Source: Nitrospirota bacterium
GTDB lineage: Bacteria; Nitrospirota; UBA9217
DNA: 62,935 nucleotides
Direction of reading: 5' to 3'
Assembly (NCBI GenBank): GCA_045403145.1
Contig: JAXIPA010000177.1
Coordinates: forward strand, 1 to 62,935
Shown: piece by piece, positions 44,654-54,656 of the stretch
Numbering within the stretch: position 1 is the stretch's first letter
Layout: every line of letters starts with the position of its first letter
The notes under the pieces: model-generated
Told to the model about the DNA's origin: nothing
Database searches by the model: none
What the model saw: the letters and a program-made list of their open reading frames with translations, nothing else
Program-made: the position numbers and the translations under genes

Positions 44654-46063
44654 ATGGCGAAACTGAGCGCAGAGGCAAAGGTGGGCTTGCTGGTGATCGT
44701 GGGGTCCATGGTCCTGCTGTACATGACCTTTGTCGTCGGCAAGTACGAGTTCGGCGAGAAGAAGGGATACATCGTTCAGGCGGTCTTTGACTCCGTGGCC
44801 GGGCTCGATACCAAGTCCTATGTCCGGATGGCCGGGGTCAAGATCGGCGTCGTGGAAGATGTGGAGCTGGAAGACAGCCGCGCGAAGGTGACGCTGCGGA
44901 TCGAACCGGGTGTGCGCATTTTGCGCAGCACCGAGGCCATGATCAAGACCATGGGCCTCCTCGGTGAGAGATATGTCGAGTTCGTGCCGGTCAGGACGGA
45001 CCAGCCCCGAACGCCTCCTACCGATGCATCCTATTACCGTCCGGGCGAGCGGGTGCAGGCGACCGTGTCGCCGAGCGACGTGGACAAGCTCATCAACCAG
45101 CTTTCCTCCATTTCCGACGATATCAAGCAGATCACGGCGTCGTTCAGGCAGGTCTTCGGCACCGGGCGCGGGGCGCAGTCCATGGAGGACATCCTGCACG
45201 ACCTGCGGCAGACCACGGCGAACATCAAGGATTTCTCCCATACGCTTCGGAGCGACGGCAGCGAACTTGTCGTGAGGCTCAATGAACTGGTCGCCGGCCT
45301 CAACGGGGTCGTCGAAGACAACCGTGACAACCTGAAAGTCACGATGGAGAACGTCAGGGAGGCGTCGAAGAGCGCCGAACTCGCCCTGGCCGCCATCGAC
45401 AACGCGGCGCGGAAGATCGACCGGGGCGAGGGTACGCTCGGCAAACTGGTGAACGATGACGGCATGTACACGAGCATCGACAGCGCCGCCCGGGGGCTCG
45501 GCGATTACGTATCACGGGTGGAGCGCCTGAAGACGGTCATTGCCTTCCGGAGCGAGTATATGTTCCCGGAGGCCAAGAGCTATGCGACGCTGGAACTCAA
45601 GCCGCGGCCGGACACGTCGTATATCCTCGAGATAACATCCGACCCCTTTGGGAAGTTTACCAGAACGGTAACGTCAACAACGCCGCCGGGAGGGGCGGTT
45701 GTGACCGAGACGTTCGAGGACAAGCTGCAGTTCACCATCGAGTACGCGAAACGGTGGGGTAATCTCGCCCTTCGCCTCGGGCTTATCGAATCGACCGGGG
45801 GCGTCGGGGCGGACTACTACGCCTTCGACGACCGGCTGAAATTCAGCATCGATTCCTGGAACTACGGCAGCAAGGAACCGGACAACGAAAACGCCCATCT
45901 GAAGGCCACGGCGAGCTACAGCCTGGGCAAGGTTTTTTTCATCAACGCCGGTTATGATAACCCTCTGAACTCACGGCGGGCCGCGCCGTTCGCCGGCCTC
46001 GGCCTGCGGTTCGATGATGAGGACCTCAAGTATCTTATGGGAAGCGTGCCGATACCGAAGTAG
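44654..46063 (+). CDS. mlaD: MCE/MlaD-family protein with long C-terminal extension
   Basis: 469 aa. It has an N-terminal TM segment and an MCE domain (…GLDTKSYVRMAGVKIGVVEDVEL…). A long helical region and a beta-rich tail follow. Confidence 0.75.
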   Translation: MAKLSAEAKVGLLVIVGSMVLLYMTFVVGKYEFGEKKGYIVQAVFDSVAGLDTKSYVRMAGVKIGVVEDVELEDSRAKVTLRIEPGVRILRSTEAMIKTMGLLGERYVEFVPVRTDQPRTPPTDASYYRPGERVQATVSPSDVDKLINQLSSISDDIKQITASFRQVFGTGRGAQSMEDILHDLRQTTANIKDFSHTLRSDGSELVVRLNELVAGLNGVVEDNRDNLKVTMENVREASKSAELALAAIDNAARKIDRGEGTLGKLVNDDGMYTSIDSAARGLGDYVSRVERLKTVIAFRSEYMFPEAKSYATLELKPRPDTSYILEITSDPFGKFTRTVTSTTPPGGAVVTETFEDKLQFTIEYAKRWGNLALRLGLIESTGGVGADYYAFDDRLKFSIDSWNYGSKEPDNENAHLKATASYSLGKVFFINAGYDNPLNSRRAAPFAGLGLRFDDEDLKYLMGSVPIPK

Positions 46064-46172
46064 ATCAGTTCAGAGTTCTAAGTTCAAAGTTCAAAGTATC
46101 AGAGAGCAGGGATGAAAGAATAACGAAGCAGTGCTTAATGATAGCCGCTTCTCACTCTGAACTGTGAACTGC
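46064..46172. repeat. heptamer-periodic inverted repeat (GTTCARR word family)
   Basis: ATCAGTT CAGAGTT CTAAGTT CAAAGTT CAAAGTA ... CTTCTCA CTCTGAA CTGTGAA CTGC. Located in the mlaD-galU gap. It uses the same word family as 37929. Confidence 0.75.
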
Positions 46173-46217
46173 TTTCTTGACATTTCGAGGGTAGTTTCAT
46201 AGAATGCATTCGGTGAA

Positions 46218-47093
46218 TTGACTGTGAACAAACCGATTACAAAAGCGGTGTTTCCCGCGGCCGGCCTGGGCACGCGGTTTCTGCCGGCCACCAAGGCGTC
46301 TCCGAAAGAGATGATGCCGCTGGTGGACAAGCCGCTTATCCAGTATGTCGTCGAGGAGGCGGTTTCGTCCGGCATTGAGGAGGTCGTCGTGATCACCGGC
46401 CGCGGCAAGCGGGCGATCGAGGACCACTTTGACGTTGCCTTCGAACTCGAGGAAGACCTCAAGGCGAAGGGCAAGCACAAGCTGCTCTCGGAAGTGCAGC
46501 GCATCGCCAATCTGGTGACGTTCTGCTATATTCGGCAGAAAAAGGCGCTGGGGCTCGGCCACGCCGTGTTGACGGCCAAGCGGATCGTCGGCGACGAAGC
46601 CTTCGCGGTGCTGCTGGGCGATGATATCATCGATTCGGAGGTGCCGGCGCTCAGGCAGATGATGGACGTTTATGCGCGGTACCCCGCAACCATCCTCGCC
46701 ATACAGAAAGTTCCGAAGGCGCAGACCCAGAACTACGGCATCATCGCTGCGAAAAAGATCGAGGACGGGGTCTACCTCGTCAGCGACCTTGTGGAAAAAC
46801 CGTCGCCCAGCGAAGCCCCGTCGAATCTGGCCATCATCGGCCGTTATATCCTGACCCCGGAAATTTTCGGCGCCCTCGAGCAAACGAAACCGGGCAAGGG
46901 CGGAGAGATCCAGCTGACCGACGGCCTGCGGCTCCTGATGCAGAAACAGCCGATCTATGCCTATGAGTTCGACGGTGTGCGGCATGACGCGGGCGACAAG
47001 CTGGGGTTCCTCAAGGCGACCGTCCAATTCGGCCTGAAGAACGGTGAATTCGGAAATGAGTTCAGGAATTATTTGAAAAAGCTGAAGCTGTGA
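46218..47093 (+). CDS. galU: UTP-glucose-1-phosphate uridylyltransferase
   Basis: 291 aa with a TTG start. Contains KAVFPAAGLGTRFLPATKASPKEMMPLVDKPLIQYVVEE. Confidence 0.9.
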   Translation: MTVNKPITKAVFPAAGLGTRFLPATKASPKEMMPLVDKPLIQYVVEEAVSSGIEEVVVITGRGKRAIEDHFDVAFELEEDLKAKGKHKLLSEVQRIANLVTFCYIRQKKALGLGHAVLTAKRIVGDEAFAVLLGDDIIDSEVPALRQMMDVYARYPATILAIQKVPKAQTQNYGIIAAKKIEDGVYLVSDLVEKPSPSEAPSNLAIIGRYILTPEIFGALEQTKPGKGGEIQLTDGLRLLMQKQPIYAYEFDGVRHDAGDKLGFLKATVQFGLKNGEFGNEFRNYLKKLKL

Positions 47094-47119
47094 ATGCTTT
47101 TTGCAGTCGCTCCATTATT

Positions 47120-47203
47120 GTCATTCCCGCAGCGCTTCTGAGCGGGAATCTGGTTCAAGCTGATTGCATCACCATATCCCCGATAGCAGCATTCGGGGAT
47201 GAC
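47120..47203. repeat. two GTCATYCCCG...CGGGRAT palindromic units (one direct, one inverted)
   Basis: GTCATTCCCGCAGCGCTTCTGAGCGGGAATCTGGTTCAAG at 47120..47159, and ATATCCCCGATAGCAGCATTCGGGGATGAC at 47174..47203. Located between galU and lon. Confidence 0.8.
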
Positions 47204-47316
47204 AAATTTTTCGCATAGGCATCTGGCTTTTTGATCATTGGATTTCGGAATTTATTGGTAATTTGTTTTTTGCGCTTTGAGCTTTTTCCCTCACTATTGT
47301 ACAACAGGAGGCCGTT

Positions 47317-49728
<2,412 letters not shown>

Positions 49729-49744
49729 ATATGATTTCGGAGTG

Positions 49745-49783
49745 TACCCACTCGCGCGAGCACTCGTAATCGCTGGGCACAGG
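49745..49783 (-). repeat. copy 3 (inverted orientation) of the ~40-nt conserved motif
   Basis: The reverse complement reads CCTGTGCCCAGCGATTACGAGTGCTCGCGCGAGTGGGTACA. Located downstream of lon. Confidence 0.7.
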
Positions 49784-49810
49784 CGGAATGCGGAGTTCGG
49801 AGTGAAGAGA
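49783..49810. repeat. short heptamer array (GCGGAAT family)
   Basis: GCGGAAT GCGGAGT TCGGAGT GAAGAGA, adjacent to the inverted copy of the 40-nt motif. Confidence 0.55.
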
Positions 49811-49834
49811 TTATTACAATAGCGAACCCTTTTT

Positions 49835-49928
49835 GTCATTCCCGAACGCCTTTATCGGGAATCCAGGTTTTTCAAGAAAAGCGAAATCAAGGTCACTGTA
49901 TTCAGGCTTACGTCATGCCGGAATGACG
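49835..49928. repeat. GTCATTCCCG...CGGGAATC unit plus short related palindrome
   Basis: GTCATTCCCGAACGCCTTTATCGGGAATCCAGGTTTTTCAAG at 49835..49876, and CGTCATGCCGGAATGACG at 49911..49928. Located between lon and thiL. Confidence 0.75.
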
Positions 49929-49976
49929 CGAAAAAACGTGTGTTAGCAAAAATCCGCTTTAGTAGTTATTAAGAGC

Positions 49977-51044
49977 ATGAAACTATCAGACCTTGGTGAA
50001 TTCGGCCTGATTGAAAAAATACGGAAATCGTCCATTCCTCCCGCGCCCCCGGTGCTGACCGGCATCGGGGATGACGCCGCGGTCCTGCGGATGTCCGCGT
50101 CCTCGTCGCTGCTTGCCACGACGGACATGCTTATCGAGGGCGTGCATTTCGACCTTTCCTATACCGATTTCCACTCCCTCGGCTGGAAGTCCGCTGCGGT
50201 CAACCTGAGCGATATTGCCGCCATGGGAGGCCTTCCCCGTTTTTGTCTGACGTCGCTCGGCATCCCCCCGTCCGTCTCCGTGGAACAGGTATCCGAATTT
50301 TACCGGGGGTTGAACGCCCTTTTGCGCCTTCATCAGACGTCGCTGGTGGGAGGCGACACCTGTTCTTCACCGATGGGCATGGTGGTAAGCGTCGTCGTGC
50401 TCGGCGAAGCAAAAAAAAAGCAGGTGCTGACCCGGGCAGGGGCGAAGCCGGGAGACCGGATATTCGTGACGGGCACGCTCGGCGATTCGGCGGCGGGGAT
50501 GGAAATATTGCGGAATGCCCCCTCACCCAACCCTCTCCCCTCAGGGGAGAGGACTAAGGAGAGGGGTGGTACTCGATCCGCAATCCGCAATCCGCAATCC
50601 GAAATCCGCTGGCTCATCGAGCGTCATCTCCGGCCCGTGCCCCGCGTCGAGTGGGGCGGAAAGATCGCACATGCAGGGTGCGCGAGCTCGATGATCGACA
50701 TCAGCGACGGCCTTTCATCCGACCTCTCGCACATCTGCGCGCAGAGCGGCGTGGGGGCGTCCGTTTTTGCGGAGAAAATACCCCTGTCCCCGTCGCTCCG
50801 GAAGGCCGCCGCGCATCTCGGCAAAGCACCGCTTCAGTATGCCCTGTCCGGCGGAGAGGATTATGAGCTTCTGTTCACGGTCCCGCCGGCGAAAATAAAG
50901 AAGCTTTTGTCTCTCGACCTTCCCGTGGCCGAGATCGGAGAAATCACCCGGACGCGAAAGATGGTGATCGTGGATCGTATGGGTAGAAAGATGGTGCTGA
51001 GGCCGACCGGATACAATCATTTTTCGCGCTCCCGGAAACAGTAA
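49977..51044 (+). CDS. thiL: thiamine-monophosphate kinase ThiL carrying a ~35-aa in-frame repeat-derived insertion
   Basis: 355 aa. Starts MKLSDLGEFGLIEKI and contains GIGDDAAVL, GGDT, TGTLGDSAAG and RHLRPVPRVEWG. Residues ~177-211 are encoded by a heptamer/palindrome repeat element (see findings). Confidence 0.85.
   Translation: MKLSDLGEFGLIEKIRKSSIPPAPPVLTGIGDDAAVLRMSASSSLLATTDMLIEGVHFDLSYTDFHSLGWKSAAVNLSDIAAMGGLPRFCLTSLGIPPSVSVEQVSEFYRGLNALLRLHQTSLVGGDTCSSPMGMVVSVVVLGEAKKKQVLTRAGAKPGDRIFVTGTLGDSAAGMEILRNAPSPNPLPSGERTKERGGTRSAIRNPQSEIRWLIERHLRPVPRVEWGGKIAHAGCASSMIDISDGLSSDLSHICAQSGVGASVFAEKIPLSPSLRKAAAHLGKAPLQYALSGGEDYELLFTVPPAKIKKLLSLDLPVAEIGEITRTRKMVIVDRMGRKMVLRPTGYNHFSRSRKQ
50503..50609. 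repeat. composite repeat element inside the thiL reading frame
   Basis: Three parts occur in order. First AAATATTGCGGAATG, then the perfect palindrome CCTCTCCCC-TCA-GGGGAGAGG (flanked by CACCCAACCCTCTCC / GGAGAGGGGTGG). Last comes CGATCCG CAATCCG CAATCCG CAATCCG AAATCCG C. Confidence 0.8.
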
Positions 51045-51139
51045 AATATATGATGCATTCGTAAGTAAAAAGCGTAAAACCCGACTTTTTTCGAGATCAT
51101 CAGTATATCATTGAAGTTGAAATTGCACACCGGAGTTGC

Positions 51140-51586
51140 ATGAGAAGATATATCAGAGAACAAATCCGATCTCTCTTCCAATTAAACGACCCGCCGCACA
51201 AACTGGCGCTTGCCTTTGCCTCGGGGGTGTTTATTGCCTTTACCCCGACGGTAGGGCTACACCTGATTACCTGCCTTGCAGTGGCGTGGATGTTCCGGTT
51301 GAGCAAAATGGTGCTCATAATAGCCTCTTCAATAAACAACCCCTGGACGATCGTCCCTCTGTTCGGCTTTTGTATCTGGTTCGGCATGATAATTACCGGA
51401 ACGGACGTTTCCATCCCTGACATTGCCTGGAACGAACTCACCATGAGCAGCGCTTATCACACGCTGAGGCCTTTTCTCTGGCCTTATATCGCCGGGACGC
51501 TGGTTGTTGGGTCTGTCGCCGCGTTTCTGTCCTATTTTCTGTTTCATTGGGCCGTTGTCCGGTACCGGAAGACGGAAAAACCGTGA
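51140..51586 (+). CDS. DUF2062 membrane protein
   Basis: 148 aa. Contains PPHKLALAFASGVFIAFTPTVGLH...NNPWT, the DUF2062 pattern. This family is often next to or fused with GT2 enzymes. Confidence 0.65.
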   Translation: MRRYIREQIRSLFQLNDPPHKLALAFASGVFIAFTPTVGLHLITCLAVAWMFRLSKMVLIIASSINNPWTIVPLFGFCIWFGMIITGTDVSIPDIAWNELTMSSAYHTLRPFLWPYIAGTLVVGSVAAFLSYFLFHWAVVRYRKTEKP

Positions 51587-51712
51587 TGCAATTGTCGAAA
51601 TGCCCGCCGCAGTACCGGGTTGCTTGTTTCCCAGGGATAGTTTATGATAAGCGTTCATGCGGGCGCTATCATCCATAATACTCGCTGAGCATGGACGAAG
51701 GAGCAGGATTCT

Positions 51713-52738
51713 TTGACACAGCCGCTTATCTCGGTCGTCATCGTCAATTGGAACGGCAAACATCTTCTGACCGAATGCCTTGATTCGCTGCTCGCGCAGG
51801 ACGTCAGGGATGTCGAGATAGTCCTGGTCGATAACGGGTCGCAGGACGGCTCGGTTGAGTTTGTCCGGGAACGGTATCCGGCCGTACACGTGGTCAACCT
51901 GCCGGAAAACCTGGGGTTTGCAGGCGGCAATAATGCGGGGATCCGGGTCGCAAGGGGCAGATTTATCGCCCTTTTGAATAACGACACGAGGGTGGACCAT
52001 GCCTGGCTCGCGGACCTGCTCGCAGAAGCCGGGGCAAGCCCCCGGACAATCGGGATGTGGGCCTGTAAAATTCTCTCCTACGACAATCCTGATGTTATCG
52101 ACAACGTGGGGCTTCTCCTGTACCCCGATGGTTTGGGCAGGGGGAAGGGGAGGCTGGAGAAGGACCAGGGACAGTATGATCTTCCGGACGAGGCCCTGTG
52201 CCCGAGCGGGTGCGCCGGCCTCTTTCGCAGGGAGATGCTGGATGAAATCGGCCTCTTTGACGAAGAGTTTTTTGCCTATGCCGACGATGTCGATATCGGG
52301 CTTCGGGCAAGGCTCGCGGGCTGGGGATGCAGGTATGTTCCGTCCGCCAGGGTCTATCACAAATATTCGTCATCCTCGTCAGCGTATTCGCCGCTCAAGG
52401 CCTTCCTGGTCGAGCGGAACCGTATATGGGTGTTGTTGAAATATTATCCGCTGGAATTGGTCCTGCTCAGTCCCTGTTTTACGTTTTTAAGGCTTCTGGT
52501 CCATCTTTTCGGCGCGCTTACCGGAAAAGGCGCAAGCGGCAGGTTTACTGAGCAGAATTCGGTGTTCCATGCAATGGGGATCCTCGTCAGGGCATGGGGC
52601 GCCGCGCTTGCGGAGCTTCCGGGCATCATCAGGCAGCGGAGGGCTTTTTCCCGCTTCAGACGGATCGGACGACGTGAACTCTATCGCTTGTTCTGCACGT
52701 TCCGGATATCGGCGCGGGAAATCGCGCTGAAGGAATAG
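51713..52738 (+). CDS. glycosyltransferase family 2 (rhamnosyltransferase-like)
   Basis: 341 aa with a TTG start. Contains ISVVIVNWNGKHLLTECLDSL, VDNGSQDGS, and the YADDVDIG/ED-type motif region. Confidence 0.8.
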   Translation: MTQPLISVVIVNWNGKHLLTECLDSLLAQDVRDVEIVLVDNGSQDGSVEFVRERYPAVHVVNLPENLGFAGGNNAGIRVARGRFIALLNNDTRVDHAWLADLLAEAGASPRTIGMWACKILSYDNPDVIDNVGLLLYPDGLGRGKGRLEKDQGQYDLPDEALCPSGCAGLFRREMLDEIGLFDEEFFAYADDVDIGLRARLAGWGCRYVPSARVYHKYSSSSSAYSPLKAFLVERNRIWVLLKYYPLELVLLSPCFTFLRLLVHLFGALTGKGASGRFTEQNSVFHAMGILVRAWGAALAELPGIIRQRRAFSRFRRIGRRELYRLFCTFRISAREIALKE

Positions 52739-52868
52739 AAAGTGAGCCTCTGAAGTAAGTTATGAAGGCAGGAAGGCAGCCGCAAACTTCGGTTTGCATG
52801 ATTTCTGCGATTTGCGGTGTTTCGGTCGCAGGCTAAAGCCTGCGGCTACCAGGTCGTGTCTTTTGTAA

Positions 52869-53582
52869 ATGAGCATTGAACAGCAGATGAAAATACTGAT
52901 TATCGTACCCGCATACAATGAAGAAGAAAGCCTCCCCGGCGTGATCCATGACCTGAGGGCGCAGGCGCCCGATGCGGACGTGCTCGTGGTGAACGACGGG
53001 TCGCGCGACAAGACTTCGCGGATCGCGAGGGAACTGGGTGTGAAGGTCCTGGATCTGCCGTTCAACCTTGGCATCGGAGGGGCGGTGCAGGCGGGGTATC
53101 TTTATGCGCACGAGAACGGCTACGATGTGGCAATCCAGTTCGATGGAGACGGGCAGCATCTCGCCGGCGAAATAAAGAAATTGTTTGGACCCCTCGAAGC
53201 GGAGAAGGCGGACCTCGTGATCGGCTCCCGCTTCCTGAACCCCGGGGGCTACCGCGCGCCGGCCTTCAGAAAGCTCGGGATAGGGATATTCTCCTTCGTC
53301 CTTTCGCGCATTCTCGGCATGGAGGTGACGGACAGCACCTCAGGCTTCCGCGCGGCCAACCGCCGGGTGATTGAATTTTTCGCGCGGAACTATCCCGACG
53401 ATTACCCGGAGGTTGAGTCCCTGGTGCTTCTGCACAAGATGAACATACGGATGGAGGAGGTGGCCGTGACCATGCGCGGACGGACCGGCGGCAAGTCTTC
53501 CATAACTCCCATGCGGTCCGTTTATTATATGCTGAAAGTGCTCATGGCCATATTCATCGACCTGATGAAAAAAGTGAGGTAA
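52869..53582 (+). CDS. glycosyltransferase family 2, polyprenyl-phosphate sugar synthase type (DPM1/GtrB-like)
   Basis: 237 aa. Contains ILIIVPAYNEEESL, VNDGSRDKT, QFDGDGQH and GFRA. It is short and soluble-type, and is followed by a DUF2304 gene. Confidence 0.8.
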   Translation: MSIEQQMKILIIVPAYNEEESLPGVIHDLRAQAPDADVLVVNDGSRDKTSRIARELGVKVLDLPFNLGIGGAVQAGYLYAHENGYDVAIQFDGDGQHLAGEIKKLFGPLEAEKADLVIGSRFLNPGGYRAPAFRKLGIGIFSFVLSRILGMEVTDSTSGFRAANRRVIEFFARNYPDDYPEVESLVLLHKMNIRMEEVAVTMRGRTGGKSSITPMRSVYYMLKVLMAIFIDLMKKVR

Positions 53583-53585
53583 ACC

Positions 53586-53960
53586 ATGGACATTCTGAAA
53601 ATACTGGCTGTACTGGGAAGCGGAGCGCTGCTCGTCGTGGTGGTGGAACTGATCCGGAGGGGGAGGTTGAAGGAGCGGTATGCCCTTTTGTGGCTGCTCT
53701 CGGGCGGTGTCCTGCTGTTTCTGTCCTCATCGAGGAGTACACTCGACTTCATAGCGCACCTGCTCGGGATTTTTTATCCACCGTCGTTCCTTTTTCTCCT
53801 TGCGTTTCTTTTCCTGCTCCTGATCACGCTGCATTTTTCCGTCGTCCTATCCAGTCTGTCGGAAAAAAACAAGAAGCTGGCGCAGGAACTGGCGCTGCTG
53901 CGTCGGGAACTGGAGGAGGCGTTTAAACACGGGAAGGAAAAGGGGGAGGCAAGGGGTTGA
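53586..53960 (+). CDS. DUF2304 small membrane protein
   Basis: 124 aa. Contains VVVVELIRRGRLKERYALLWLLSG and three TM segments plus a charged tail. It is the usual partner of GtrB-like GT2 genes. Confidence 0.65.
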   Translation: MDILKILAVLGSGALLVVVVELIRRGRLKERYALLWLLSGGVLLFLSSSRSTLDFIAHLLGIFYPPSFLFLLAFLFLLLITLHFSVVLSSLSEKNKKLAQELALLRRELEEAFKHGKEKGEARG

Positions 53961-54008
53961 AAGTCCGGTAAAACGGATATGCGCTCGACACCGGCAGTAA
54001 CACTGGCG

Positions 54009-54284
54009 TTATTTTTTGAAAAGATCGCTGTGGGTTCCGGTTCGTTCAAGCCGAAGAAAGTCACTTCCCGAAGTGTAAATCAAAATCCAGTCGGCCTCGA
54101 TGTGGCAGTCGCGCGACGGCTGCCACGGTCCAATGAGTGAATGATCTCTGTATTGAGGTGAAAGCTGAATACCATCAGAGAGGAGTTTAACCATCGCCCG
54201 CAGCTTGCTCAGGTCCTTACCCCGTTTCCGCATTCGCTTGATGTCCCGGGAAAATTGTCTGGTCTGCGAGAGCTTCTTGCTCAT
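54009..54284 (-). CDS. yafQ: type II toxin, YafQ/RelE-family mRNA interferase
   Basis: 91 aa. Contains FSRDIKRMRKRGKDLSKL, RDHSLIGPW and RDCHIEADWILIY, and ends RTGTHSDLF. Confidence 0.85.
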   Translation of the reverse strand: MSKKLSQTRQFSRDIKRMRKRGKDLSKLRAMVKLLSDGIQLSPQYRDHSLIGPWQPSRDCHIEADWILIYTSGSDFLRLERTGTHSDLFKK

Positions 54285-54535
54285 TCCCAGCTCTCGAACA
54301 TTTCCTCCAGAGACTCAAAGTCCTGTATGTCTTGTCCCTGGCGGCTTTTTTCAAGGGTGGCCGCGGTAAGCTCGTTCGGAATCAGGACTGGAAACGGCAA
54401 GCCGCCCCGGAGGGATATTTGCCGATAGAAGATGCGAATCGCCTCCGTAGGCGTGATACCGAGCTTTCGAAGAACTCCTTCGGCTTTTCGCTTCGTATCC
54501 GGTTCAATCCGCGCGTGCACAACTGCTGTCTTCAT
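54281..54535 (-). CDS. dinJ: type II antitoxin, DinJ/RelB family
   Basis: 84 aa, starting MKTAVVHARIEPDTKRKAEGVLRKLGITPTEAIRIFYRQI (ribbon-helix-helix DinJ pattern). It has a 4-nt overlap with the toxin gene. Confidence 0.85.
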   Translation of the reverse strand: MKTAVVHARIEPDTKRKAEGVLRKLGITPTEAIRIFYRQISLRGGLPFPVLIPNELTAATLEKSRQGQDIQDFESLEEMFESWE

Positions 54536-54583
54536 GCCTTATTTGTATCACGTTTGAAACACAAATGCAAGCCGTTTATGGGG

Positions 54584-54612
54584 TTGACTTTACCCATGCC
54601 CCATGTTACATT
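54584..54612 (+). promoter_or_regulatory. sigma-70-like promoter TTGACT-N17-TACATT
   Basis: TTGACT at 54584..54589 and TACATT at 54607..54612, upstream of the GT-C gene (AAGGAGG at 54637). Confidence 0.4.
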
Positions 54613-54656
54613 TTCTAACGGTTAGTAATGGTTAATCAAGGAGGTTTTGCACTCTT

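Noticed and set aside
50531-50551. The perfect palindrome CCTCTCCCC-TCA-GGGGAGAGG as a transcription terminator.
   Set aside because: It lies inside the continuous thiL reading frame and has no U-tract. It is interpreted as part of the inserted repeat element instead.
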